Below, in pieces: positions 18,930-27,302 of a stretch of 64,000 nt of DNA. The position numbers and the translations under genes were made by a program. This DNA is from Acidimicrobiales bacterium (GTDB lineage: Bacteria; Actinomycetota; Acidimicrobiia; Acidimicrobiales; Bin134). Numbering within the stretch: the first letter of the stretch is position 1; the number at the start of each line of letters is the position of its first letter. Under the pieces are notes generated by a model, which had not been told where the DNA came from, made no database searches, and worked only from the letters and a program-made list of their open reading frames with translations. The stretch lies in NCBI GenBank assembly GCA_965208805.1, contig OZ242355.1:3744878-3808877 (forward strand), given 5' to 3'.

Positions 18930-18977
18930 GCCGGGGCGGGTGGCAGAGCGGACGATTTCCCTTTTGCCCGCCCCGGC
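18930..18977. terminator. Hairpin between convergent genes, followed by an AT-rich tract
   Basis: GCCGGGGCGGG (18930-18940) pairs perfectly with CCCGCCCCGGC (18967-18977). The adjacent 18980-19040 is strikingly AT-rich. Confidence 0.5.
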
Positions 18978-19036
18978 TCCATCTTCATAATACCTGAATA
19001 ATCTGAAAATAGATTGAAAGTCCTTGAAATCTCTTT

Positions 19037-19483
19037 TCAGTCAGCTCTTGATGTAGGCACTCGGCCGAAGATGTACGTCAACCCCACTATCCCCAACCCG
19101 ATCACCACGCCCCGCCACGTCCACGAGTTGATCAATAGGCCCGTACTCAACCCCACCGCCACCACGATCATGGTCCCGGCGATCACTTTCGCCCGCCACG
19201 GCATGCCTAATCCTGACCGGTAGTCGGCCACCAGTTTCCCAACCCCCGGCAGGTTCAGCACCCACCGCTCCATGCGCTCGCTGGATCGGCTGAACGCCGC
19301 TGCCGCCATGATGAAGAAGATCGTGGACGGCAGGCCGGGAACTATTACCCCGAGAGCCCCCAGCCCAACACACAGCAGCCCTCCCAGAATCCACAGTCCC
19401 CGCACCAGCGGGTTGCTGGCCACCTTGGAGTGGCCAAGAGCAGCGGAATCGCCGGGCTCAGCCGGCGAGTTCGACGAGGTCAC
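19037..19483 (-). CDS. DUF454/YbaN-like inner-membrane protein
   Basis: 148 aa. GVIVPGLPSTIFFIMAAAAFSRSSERMERWVL matches the YbaN family pattern. Two more TM segments follow. Confidence 0.7.
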   Translation of the reverse strand: MTSSNSPAEPGDSAALGHSKVASNPLVRGLWILGGLLCVGLGALGVIVPGLPSTIFFIMAAAAFSRSSERMERWVLNLPGVGKLVADYRSGLGMPWRAKVIAGTMIVVAVGLSTGLLINSWTWRGVVIGLGIVGLTYIFGRVPTSRAD

Positions 19484-19805
19484 GCACAGTCAGGTAGCAC
19501 AGCAACCCGATCACCAGAACGTTGATCGTGCTCACCGGCCACTTCAGCCGGTGGTCGGCTCGCCAGAACCGTCGGATGCTCAGCACGTTGAACACGATGG
19601 CCACCAGCCCGATGGGCAGGCTTATGGCTGGCCCCACCGAGTCGGCCACCCCCAACACCGGCAGCAGAAACGGGAGCACCAGATAAGTCAGCAGGCACCG
19701 GGTACCAGACACCGCCATCGACTGGCTGAACCGGCGCTCGGCCGTATTGGGAGCCTGAACTTCGGCCGGAGCGGTGTCAACGGTCATTCCCTCCAAGTCT
19801 CCCAC
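19458..19805 (-). CDS. Small integral membrane protein (hypothetical)
   Basis: 115 aa with three hydrophobic segments. It overlaps the downstream DUF454 gene by 26 nt. The start is uncertain. Confidence 0.45.
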   Translation of the reverse strand: MGDLEGMTVDTAPAEVQAPNTAERRFSQSMAVSGTRCLLTYLVLPFLLPVLGVADSVGPAISLPIGLVAIVFNVLSIRRFWRADHRLKWPVSTINVLVIGLLCYLTVRDLVELAG

Positions 19806-19859
19806 TCAAAGTCCATCGTCGTCTCACCGGATAGCCGGTTTCGTTAGCATCGTCCCACC

Positions 19860-22808
19860 ATGAGCCGGCTACCGCGCCTCGCCGTCCTTTGTCTGGCCCT
19901 CGCCCTCATCGCGATCGCCTGTGGAGGAGACGACGACCAGCCCGCGGCCCTTGCTCCGACCGCGACCCCGGCCGCTATCGTCCAGCCCACCGAGCCAGTA
20001 CCCACGCCCGCCACCCCCACAGACACTGTCCCCTCTCCCGCCGGCCCCACCTGCGACTGGCCCATGTGGGGCCACGGCATAAGCCGCACCTTCTCCTACC
20101 CCTGCGACAGCGGCATCAGCCCCGACACTGCCGCCAGTCTGCGCCGCATCTGGTATTTCAACACCAGCGACGTGGTCACCGCCGCCCCGGTGGTGGTGGA
20201 TGGCGTGCTGTATGTGGGCGACTGGGCCGGGCGGTTCTACGCCCTCGATGCCGCCGACGGCACCGAGCTCTGGCACTTCGACGCCGAGTACCACGACAAC
20301 GTCTACGCCGGGCAGATCACCTCTTCGGCCTCCTACACCGTCATCGGCGGCACCCCCGCGGTGGTGTTCAACGCCGGGCGCACCATCCACGCCCTCGATG
20401 CCGCCGACGGCACGGTGATCTGGACCCACGCCCTGGGCGAGCCCGGCTGGCCCACCGAGCTGGAGACCACCCCCATTGTGGTGGAAGACCGGGTGATCGC
20501 CACCTTCGACACCCACAACGCCCCCTTCCCCGCCGGGGTGGTGGCCGTAAGCCTGGCCACCGGCGAGCAGCTCTGGCACTTCGACCTCGAGGGGGGCGAC
20601 CATCAGGGCTGCGGGGGAGTGTGGGGGTCGCCGTCGGTCGACCTAGAGCGCCGCCTCATGTTCGCGGGCAGCGCCAACTGCCCCATCTCCCCCGAGGGAT
20701 GGGGCCCGTACACCGAGGCCCTGTTCGCGGTGAGCATCGACACCGGCGAGCCCGCCTGGAGTTTCCAGCCCCATCCCCCCAACAACGACGACTCCGACTT
20801 CGCCGGGGTGCCGGTGCTGTTCACCGCCGACGGCCAAGATCTGGTCGGCCTCGGCAACAAAGACGCCGTGTTCTACGTGGTCAACCGCGACACCGGGGAG
20901 CTGGTGTGGAAAACCCGGGCCACCGCCGACAACGTGATCCGCCCCAACTTCTCCAGCGGCGGCTTCATCGGCCCCGCCGCCTACGCAAACGGGATCATCG
21001 CCGGCGGAACCGGGGTGGCCGACTGCCCCTGTATGCACGCTTTCGACGCCGCCACCGGCGAGATCGTCTGGCAGCAGCAGGCCGTCGGTCCCACCTACTC
21101 GCCCACCACCGAGGTGAACGGCGTGGTGTTCGTGGGCTCGCTCGACTTCACCCTTCGGGCCTTGCGCCTCGACGACGGCGAGGCGCTGTGGTCCGACGAG
21201 CTCACCGGTCTCATCTCCGGGGGAGTGGCCATCGTGGGCGACGACATGTGGGCCGTGGCCGGGTTCCGCGAGCCAGGATCGGCTGGCCCGTCGGAGACCT
21301 CCGGGGTGTTCCGCTACACCGTGACCCCCGACGTGGAGGCCGCCGAGCAAACCGCCCCCACCGCCGAGCCCGAGCCCGAAGCCGGCCAAGTCCGCCTAGT
21401 AGGGGCGTCGGGCCGCTGCATCGACGCTCCCTGCGACGTGGGCTTCGACTTCAAGACTCCGCCGCCGGGCACCGACCCCCAAGTCACCCTGTCGATTGAA
21501 ACCGACCCCTTCGAGCTCACCGTCACCTCCAGCGGCCTGGGCGACCCCGCCGCCTGGCTCCGGGAGGGGAGCGCGGCCGCAGAAGTGGGGGCGTCGGCCT
21601 ACGGCGTGCTGGTGTCCGAGCGCGACGACCGCCCCTCGGGCGGCTACCTGTGCGTGCTCGAAGACGACGGCGGCTGCATCGCCCGCACCGTGCCCCGCCC
21701 CGGTGCCTCCTACAACCGCATCAGCCTGCTGGCCCTGCACGACACCACTGCCATCCCCGGTCCCGCCGACGGCTTCGACCGCCTGGTGGCCAGCATCGGC
21801 TTCAACCCGCCACTGCGAACCGAGCCCCTAAGCCCGCCCACCTACTTGGTGTTCAGCCCCCAGGGCAACAACCTGGTGGTGTACGGCGACAACGGCGGCA
21901 CCCAGCGCCTTATCACCAACGCCCGTGAAGATCCCGACGGCCGCGACATCAACGGACAGGTGTGCTTTACCGACGACGGCCGCTTCATCGCCGGCGAGGA
22001 CACCGGCCAGCCTGAGATCCCCGCTGGTTTTGGCATCTTCGATCTCGACGGCGACTCGCTCGGCACCCTGTCCGCTACCCAGATCGGCAAGCTCACCCCC
22101 GACTTTGAAGCCGCCGACAACCAGCCCGAGCCCTATGGCTGCGCCTTCTTGCCCGACGGGAGGCTGGTTACCACCGATGTTGGCAACCAGGCATCCGGGC
22201 CGGGCACCGGCCAGCTCACCGTGTGGTTCCCCCCCTACGACGGTGCCCGCTGCGTGGTGGCCGACTACATCGCCACCGCCCAGCAACTGGCCGCCGACGG
22301 CGACGACGTGTTGGTGGCCTCGGCCCGCCCGCCCACCATCGGGGTGCAGCGCTTCTCCAACCTGCCCCGCACCGCTGAGGAGTGCAACCCCGACGCAGTC
22401 ACCGTCGAGCTGTTCATCGGTGTCGGCGATGGCGTGTCCCTCACCACCGGCATCGCCGCCGACCGCCAGGGCGGCTGGTACGTATCCGACACGCTCACCG
22501 GCGTCATCAACCAGTACGACAGCGACGGCAACTACCTGCGCACCGTGCTGGCCCCGCCCGAAGGCGAGGGTCTGGGCCTCGAACCCATCAGCACTGGATC
22601 GCCGCTGGGCATCGCCGTGGGCCTCGACGGCACCCTCTACTACGCCGACTTGGCCCTGGCCCTGAACGACGGAGGCATCGGCCCCACGGGTGGCCAGGGC
22701 ACCGTCCGGCGAATCCGCTTCGACACCGACAACCAGCCCCTGCCTCCCGAGACCATCGACTACGGCCTCAATTTCCCCGACGGCCTCGGCGTTCTCCCCG
22801 TGGGATGA
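19860..22808 (+). CDS. Secreted lipoprotein with PQQ-like beta-propeller repeats and a second C-terminal propeller-like (NHL-like) region
   Basis: 982 aa. Lipobox LALIAIACGG. Repeated AAPVVVDGVLYVGDWAGRFYALDAADGTELW and HALDAADGTVIW-type PQQ repeats. The C-terminal part carries GIAVGLDGTLYYAD-type blades. Confidence 0.75.
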   Translation: MSRLPRLAVLCLALALIAIACGGDDDQPAALAPTATPAAIVQPTEPVPTPATPTDTVPSPAGPTCDWPMWGHGISRTFSYPCDSGISPDTAASLRRIWYFNTSDVVTAAPVVVDGVLYVGDWAGRFYALDAADGTELWHFDAEYHDNVYAGQITSSASYTVIGGTPAVVFNAGRTIHALDAADGTVIWTHALGEPGWPTELETTPIVVEDRVIATFDTHNAPFPAGVVAVSLATGEQLWHFDLEGGDHQGCGGVWGSPSVDLERRLMFAGSANCPISPEGWGPYTEALFAVSIDTGEPAWSFQPHPPNNDDSDFAGVPVLFTADGQDLVGLGNKDAVFYVVNRDTGELVWKTRATADNVIRPNFSSGGFIGPAAYANGIIAGGTGVADCPCMHAFDAATGEIVWQQQAVGPTYSPTTEVNGVVFVGSLDFTLRALRLDDGEALWSDELTGLISGGVAIVGDDMWAVAGFREPGSAGPSETSGVFRYTVTPDVEAAEQTAPTAEPEPEAGQVRLVGASGRCIDAPCDVGFDFKTPPPGTDPQVTLSIETDPFELTVTSSGLGDPAAWLREGSAAAEVGASAYGVLVSERDDRPSGGYLCVLEDDGGCIARTVPRPGASYNRISLLALHDTTAIPGPADGFDRLVASIGFNPPLRTEPLSPPTYLVFSPQGNNLVVYGDNGGTQRLITNAREDPDGRDINGQVCFTDDGRFIAGEDTGQPEIPAGFGIFDLDGDSLGTLSATQIGKLTPDFEAADNQPEPYGCAFLPDGRLVTTDVGNQASGPGTGQLTVWFPPYDGARCVVADYIATAQQLAADGDDVLVASARPPTIGVQRFSNLPRTAEECNPDAVTVELFIGVGDGVSLTTGIAADRQGGWYVSDTLTGVINQYDSDGNYLRTVLAPPEGEGLGLEPISTGSPLGIAVGLDGTLYYADLALALNDGGIGPTGGQGTVRRIRFDTDNQPLPPETIDYGLNFPDGLGVLPVG

Positions 22809-22842
22809 GCGCCTCCCACGGCATCATCTACCATTCCCGCTG

Positions 22843-23043
22843 ATGCGCATCTGGGTTGACACTGAGCTCTGCCAGGGACATGGGCGCTGCTACATGCTGG
22901 CTCCCGACCTGTTTGACGCCGATGACGACGGCTACTGCCAGCCCACCGACGAACGCGCCGTGCCTCCCGAGCTGGCCGACCAAGCCCGCCGGGCGCTCAT
23001 GAACTGCCCCGAAGACGCCATCATCCTGACTGAGGAGACCTGA
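22843..23043 (+). CDS. Small ferredoxin (P450 redox partner type)
   Basis: ATG at 22843 lies in track ORF 22690..23043. Contains VDTELCQGHGRCYMLAPDLF ... CPEDAI. The stop overlaps the P450 start. Confidence 0.8.
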   Translation: MRIWVDTELCQGHGRCYMLAPDLFDADDDGYCQPTDERAVPPELADQARRALMNCPEDAIILTEET

Positions 23044-24227
23044 TGACCGACGCCAAGACCTACGCCAGTGAGTACTCGCTTGAACCGCCCGAAGTAGCTC
23101 GCAATCCCCACGACACCTACCGGGAGATCCGCGACAACGCCCCGGTAACCGAGCTCGCCGGACGAAGCCAGTCTGGAGCGGTCACCCTGAGCCGCCACGA
23201 GGACGTGATGCGGGCCTTCCAGACCCCCGAGGTGTTCTCCTCCGACCCCGACGCCGTCGAAATCGGCAACACCCGCCCCCTGGTGCCCCTCCAGATCGAC
23301 CCGCCTCACCACCGCAAGCACCGCAAGGCTCTCGACCCGCTGTTCGCCCCCAAGCAGATGGCCAAGCACGAGCCCCGGGTGCGGGAGCTGATCCGCGAGC
23401 TCATAAACAAAGTGGCCGATCAGGGCCACTGCAATTTCCACGACGACATCGCCGAGCCCATGCCCTCCACCATCTTCTTGGAGCTGTTGGGCCTGCCGGT
23501 GAGCCGGGTGGATGAGTTCTTGGCCCTCAAAGACGGCATCATCCGCCCGCCGGCCCGTTCCATGGAAGAGCGCCGGGAGAAGGTGAGGGCCACCGGCCAG
23601 AAGATCTACGCCGCCCTCGAAGAGGTGGTGGACGCCCGCATGGCCGAGCGCCAAGACGACTTCTTGTCGACCCTCATCGATGCCGAAGTGGAGGGCCAGC
23701 CCCTTAGTCGCGACGACGTCGTCGACATCGGATACCTGTTCTTCTTGGCCGGGCTCGACACCGTATCGGCCTCCCTGGAGTGCATGGTGGCTTTTCTGGC
23801 CCAGAATCCCGACCACCGCCAGCGCCTGGTGGACGAACCCGAGATGATCCCCCACGCGGTGGAGGAGATGCTCCGCTACGAGAGCCCGGTGGCCAGTTCA
23901 GCCCGCATCACCGCGGTCGACACCGAGGTCAACGGCTGCCCCATCTCGGCCGGTACCCGTATCCACCTGTTGATCGGCTCGGCCAACACCGACGAGCGGG
24001 CCTGGTCCACGCCCGACGAGGTGGACTTCGACCGGGAGTCCAAAAAGCACATCGCCTTCGGCGCCGGCGTCCACCGCTGCCTGGGCTCGCACCTTGCCCG
24101 CATGGAGCTGCGGGTGGCCCTCGAGGAGTGGCACGCCCGGGTGCCCCACTACCGCCTGGCCGACGGCATCGAGCTGGAGTTCAGCCAGGGCATCCGCCAG
24201 ATCGACAACCTGGAGCTGGTGTGGTGA
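23043..24227 (+). CDS. Cytochrome P450
   Basis: 394 aa. FFLAGLDTV, EEMLRYE and heme loop FGAGVHRCLGSHLARME. Confidence 0.92.
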   Translation: MTDAKTYASEYSLEPPEVARNPHDTYREIRDNAPVTELAGRSQSGAVTLSRHEDVMRAFQTPEVFSSDPDAVEIGNTRPLVPLQIDPPHHRKHRKALDPLFAPKQMAKHEPRVRELIRELINKVADQGHCNFHDDIAEPMPSTIFLELLGLPVSRVDEFLALKDGIIRPPARSMEERREKVRATGQKIYAALEEVVDARMAERQDDFLSTLIDAEVEGQPLSRDDVVDIGYLFFLAGLDTVSASLECMVAFLAQNPDHRQRLVDEPEMIPHAVEEMLRYESPVASSARITAVDTEVNGCPISAGTRIHLLIGSANTDERAWSTPDEVDFDRESKKHIAFGAGVHRCLGSHLARMELRVALEEWHARVPHYRLADGIELEFSQGIRQIDNLELVW

Positions 24228-24262
24228 ACAAGGACGCCCTCAATCTGGAGCTGGTCTGGTGA
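24207..24262 (+). repeat. Duplicated gene-end junction (NLELVW-stop, twice)
   Basis: AACCTGGAGCTGGTGTGGTGA (24207-24227) and AATCTGGAGCTGGTCTGGTGA (24242-24262). Both end in an overlapping GTGA. Confidence 0.85.
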
Positions 24263-25500
24263 GCGAGAGCCCCGCCCCGTCCAGCCGCCCCCTCGAGGGC
24301 ATTCGCGTGGTCGAGGTTGCAAGCTGGATGTTCATCCCCTCCGGCGGGTCGGTGCTGGTCGACTGGGGTGCCGACGTGATCAAGGTGGAGCACCCGGTGA
24401 CCGGCGACCCCCAGCGGGGCCTCATCACCTCCGGCCTCGTGCCCGGCGGCGCCGGCGGCGTCAACTTCATGATCGAGCAGCCCAACCGGGGCAAGCGCTC
24501 CATCGGCTTGAACCTGGCCCATCCCGACGGCCGGGAGATGCTGCTCAAGCTGGTGGAGACCGCCGATGTGTTCCTCACCAACTACATGCCCCCGGTGCGC
24601 CGCAAGCTCCGCATCGACACCGACGACCTGCGGGAGCGCAACCCCCAGATCATCATCGCCCGGGGCTCCGGCCAGGGCCCCCACGGCCCCGACGCCGAGA
24701 AGGGCGGCTACGACGGGGCGTCTTTCTGGGCCCGGGGCGGCATGGGCGCCACCTTGCCCGCCCGCCCCGACGGCTGGCCCATGAGCCAGCCCGCCCCCGC
24801 CTTCGGCGATGTCATGGGCGGCATGGCCACCGCCGGCGCCATCGCGGCGGCCCTCTACCAGCGGGCCGCCACCGGCGAGCCGTCGGTAATCGACGTGTCG
24901 CTGCTCGCCACCGCCATGTGGCAGCTCTCACCCCTGGTGATAGCGGCCAAGCTCTTCGGCATGGACCGGCTCCCCGCCGGCGACCGCACCAAGATGGTCA
25001 ACCCCGTGGTCAACGCCTACCGCACCTCCGATGATCGCTACCTAAGCTTCATCCTGCTCCAAGCCGACAAGCACTGGGCCCAGCTCTGCGAGTGCATCGG
25101 CCGCCCCGAGCTGGCCACCGACCCTCGCTTCGTCGACATGGCCGCCCGAGCCGAGAACAACGAGGCCTGCATCGCCATCCTCGACGAGGTGTTCGAATCC
25201 CACCCCCTTTCCTACTGGAAGGAGGCCCTGGCCGACTTCAAAGGCGTGTGGGTGCCGTTCCAGACCCTCAACGAGCTCTACGAAGACCCCCAGGTCATCG
25301 CCAACGGCTACCTTCCCGCCATGACCACCGGCAACGGCCAAGAAGTCCAGCTCGTAGCCAACCCCGCCATGTTCAACGAGCAGCCCGTGTCCGTCGACCG
25401 CGCCCCCGAACACGGCGAGCACACCGAAACCCTCCTCCTAGAAGCCGGCATCCCCTGGGACGACATCGCCGCCATGAAAGAGTCCGGCGCCATCCTCTAG
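24259..25500 (+). CDS. Family III CoA-transferase (CaiB/BaiF-like)
   Basis: GTG at 24259 lies in frame in track ORF 24094..25500. Contains LEGIRVVEVASWMFIPSGGSVLVDWGADVIKVEHP and FLTNYMP. Confidence 0.85.
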   Translation: MSESPAPSSRPLEGIRVVEVASWMFIPSGGSVLVDWGADVIKVEHPVTGDPQRGLITSGLVPGGAGGVNFMIEQPNRGKRSIGLNLAHPDGREMLLKLVETADVFLTNYMPPVRRKLRIDTDDLRERNPQIIIARGSGQGPHGPDAEKGGYDGASFWARGGMGATLPARPDGWPMSQPAPAFGDVMGGMATAGAIAAALYQRAATGEPSVIDVSLLATAMWQLSPLVIAAKLFGMDRLPAGDRTKMVNPVVNAYRTSDDRYLSFILLQADKHWAQLCECIGRPELATDPRFVDMAARAENNEACIAILDEVFESHPLSYWKEALADFKGVWVPFQTLNELYEDPQVIANGYLPAMTTGNGQEVQLVANPAMFNEQPVSVDRAPEHGEHTETLLLEAGIPWDDIAAMKESGAIL

Positions 25501-25517
25501 TTCGGTCCCATACTGCC

Positions 25518-26354
25518 TCAGCCGTCGAACAGGGCGTCGGCGATGGCGGCAGCGATGCGGGGCGGGTCTTGGAACGGGCCGAAGTGGGTCAGGTCGTCAA
25601 AGCGCACCAGGGTGGCGTTGGGCAGCTGCTCGGCGATCAGCGGCGCTGCCATGGCCGGCGGGTCGGCGTCGGTTCCCACCACCACGGTCACCGCAGCAGC
25701 CACTTCGCCTAACCGGTCGAACGCCGATCGGTCGGGGTTCTCGAAGATGGTGGCCTCCACCTCGCGGGGGCATTTCATGGTCACCGAGCCGTCGGCCAGC
25801 TCTCGAAAGCCGTGGTCCACGTAGGCCCGCAGCACCTCGGGGTCCAACAGGTTGAACGGGAGCCGGGATCCGTACCGGTCATAGGCCGCTTGGCGCGACT
25901 CGAAGATCTCTTTGCGCATTCGGGCCATGTCGCCCAGCGCCATGACGCCGTCGCGGGGCAGGCTGAACGCTGGAATGGTCACCGGCTCGAACATCCAGGC
26001 CCGATCAAATGTCCCCGGCTGGGCCAGCTCGGCCTTCAAGATCGACGCCCCGCCCAAAGAATGGCCCACCGCAAGCTGGGGGGCCGGGTCCAGGGCGTCC
26101 ACTGCGGCCAAAACGTCGTCGGCCATACCGTCCCAGTGGTAGTCCTCATCGGGGCCCGACACGCTGTCGCCGTGGCCCCGGAAGTCCAGCGCCCAGCACC
26201 GGGCCACCGACGCCAATTTCTGAGCCACCGGCGCCCACATCGGCCCGCAGAACCCGTTGGCGTGGCAGAACAGCACCGTCGGCCCGTCGCCCCCCAGGTC
26301 GTGCAGCGCCACCCGAGCGCCCTTGGTCGAGTCAATCAGCATCGGGCCGCTCAT
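25518..26354 (-). CDS. Alpha/beta hydrolase
   Basis: ATG at 26354 (MSGPMLID...) lies inside track ORF 25518..26579. Contains TVLFCHANGF, the nucleophile elbow AVGHSLGG and DLTHFGP. Confidence 0.8.
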   Translation of the reverse strand: MSGPMLIDSTKGARVALHDLGGDGPTVLFCHANGFCGPMWAPVAQKLASVARCWALDFRGHGDSVSGPDEDYHWDGMADDVLAAVDALDPAPQLAVGHSLGGASILKAELAQPGTFDRAWMFEPVTIPAFSLPRDGVMALGDMARMRKEIFESRQAAYDRYGSRLPFNLLDPEVLRAYVDHGFRELADGSVTMKCPREVEATIFENPDRSAFDRLGEVAAAVTVVVGTDADPPAMAAPLIAEQLPNATLVRFDDLTHFGPFQDPPRIAAAIADALFDG

Positions 26355-26409
26355 GGTCGAAGAACTGTGGTCGCTGCGGTAAGAGCACACATCGGCCCGC
26401 AGGTTACGG

Positions 26410-27246
26410 TTGGCGGCCATGAGCGACAACATCGTCCTGATCGACAACCCCCGCCCCCATGTGCGGCGCGTCACCATGAACCGCCCCGAGAAGCGCAACA
26501 GCCTCATCCACCCGTTGCGAGGGGCCGTTCTCGAAGCGCTGGAAGAGGCCGACCGAGACGACGACGTCAAGGTGAGCATCGTGTGCGGCGCCGGCCCGTC
26601 GTTCTCCGCCGGCTACGACCTCAGCGGGGGCAATGAGGGCTATGAGCTGCCCTTCTACACCCCTGGCGGCGAGGGCCAGTGGCCCCGCCACGTAACCGAG
26701 GGCTGGATGAGCATCTGGGACCTGGCCAAGCCGGTCATCGCCCAGGTCCACGGCTACTGCCTGGCCGGGGGCAGCGAGCTGGCCACCGGCTGCGATCTGG
26801 TCTACATGGCCGAAGACGCCAAGATGGGCTATCCCGCCGTGCGCTTCGGCGTGCCCGACATGCACTTCCACCCCTGGTTCTTGGGCATGCGCAAGGCCAT
26901 GGAGATGATGCTTACCGGCGACTACGTGACCGGCGTCGAGGCCGTGGAGCGAGGCTGGGCCAATGCCTGCTATCCCGAGGACGAATTAGAAGACGCCGTG
27001 CTGGAGGTGGCCGAGCGCATCGCCCAGGTGCCGGCCGAGCTGCTCCAGATGAACAAGAGGGTGGTCCACCGCCAGATGGAGCACATGGGCATGCGGGCCG
27101 GTATCCGGGCTGGCACCGAGCTGTGCGCGCTGGGCACCCACACCCAGGCCATGGCCGATTTCGTGGGCTCCATCAAGAAGAAGGGCCTCACCACCACCCT
27201 CTCTGAGCGCGACTCCAAGTTCGGCGACTACCGCACCAGCCACTAG
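26410..27246 (+). CDS. Enoyl-CoA hydratase/isomerase (crotonase) family
   Basis: 278 aa. Contains RRVTMNRPEKRNSL, GPSFSAGYDL and VHGYCLAGGSELA. ATG at 26419 is an alternative start. Confidence 0.85.
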   Translation: MAAMSDNIVLIDNPRPHVRRVTMNRPEKRNSLIHPLRGAVLEALEEADRDDDVKVSIVCGAGPSFSAGYDLSGGNEGYELPFYTPGGEGQWPRHVTEGWMSIWDLAKPVIAQVHGYCLAGGSELATGCDLVYMAEDAKMGYPAVRFGVPDMHFHPWFLGMRKAMEMMLTGDYVTGVEAVERGWANACYPEDELEDAVLEVAERIAQVPAELLQMNKRVVHRQMEHMGMRAGIRAGTELCALGTHTQAMADFVGSIKKKGLTTTLSERDSKFGDYRTSH

Positions 27247-27253
27247 CCCCGAA

Positions 27254-27280
27254 TGCACCGGCCCTTCGTGGTCCGGTGCA
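27254..27280 (+). terminator. Short hairpin after the crotonase gene
   Basis: TGCACCGG (27254-27261) pairs with CCGGTGCA (27273-27280) around an 11-nt loop. There is no T-tract. Confidence 0.35.
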
Positions 27281-27302
27281 GTTGGGCTAACTTGATCGGG
27301 AC

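Noticed and set aside
18930-18977. A tRNA-like or small-RNA gene in the 18874-19036 intergenic region.
   Set aside because: Only one long hairpin is present, with no cloverleaf arms or conserved T-loop/D-loop sequence. Its position between convergent genes fits a terminator.
19889-21499. Same-strand alternative-frame ORFs with R/P/G-rich translations (536 aa, 412 aa, 246 aa, 355 aa): 19889..21499, 39111..40349, 21925..22665 and 37618..38685.
   Set aside because: They overlap well-supported genes (propeller lipoprotein, Liv ATPases/permeases, methyltransferase) and have extreme Arg/Pro/His composition.
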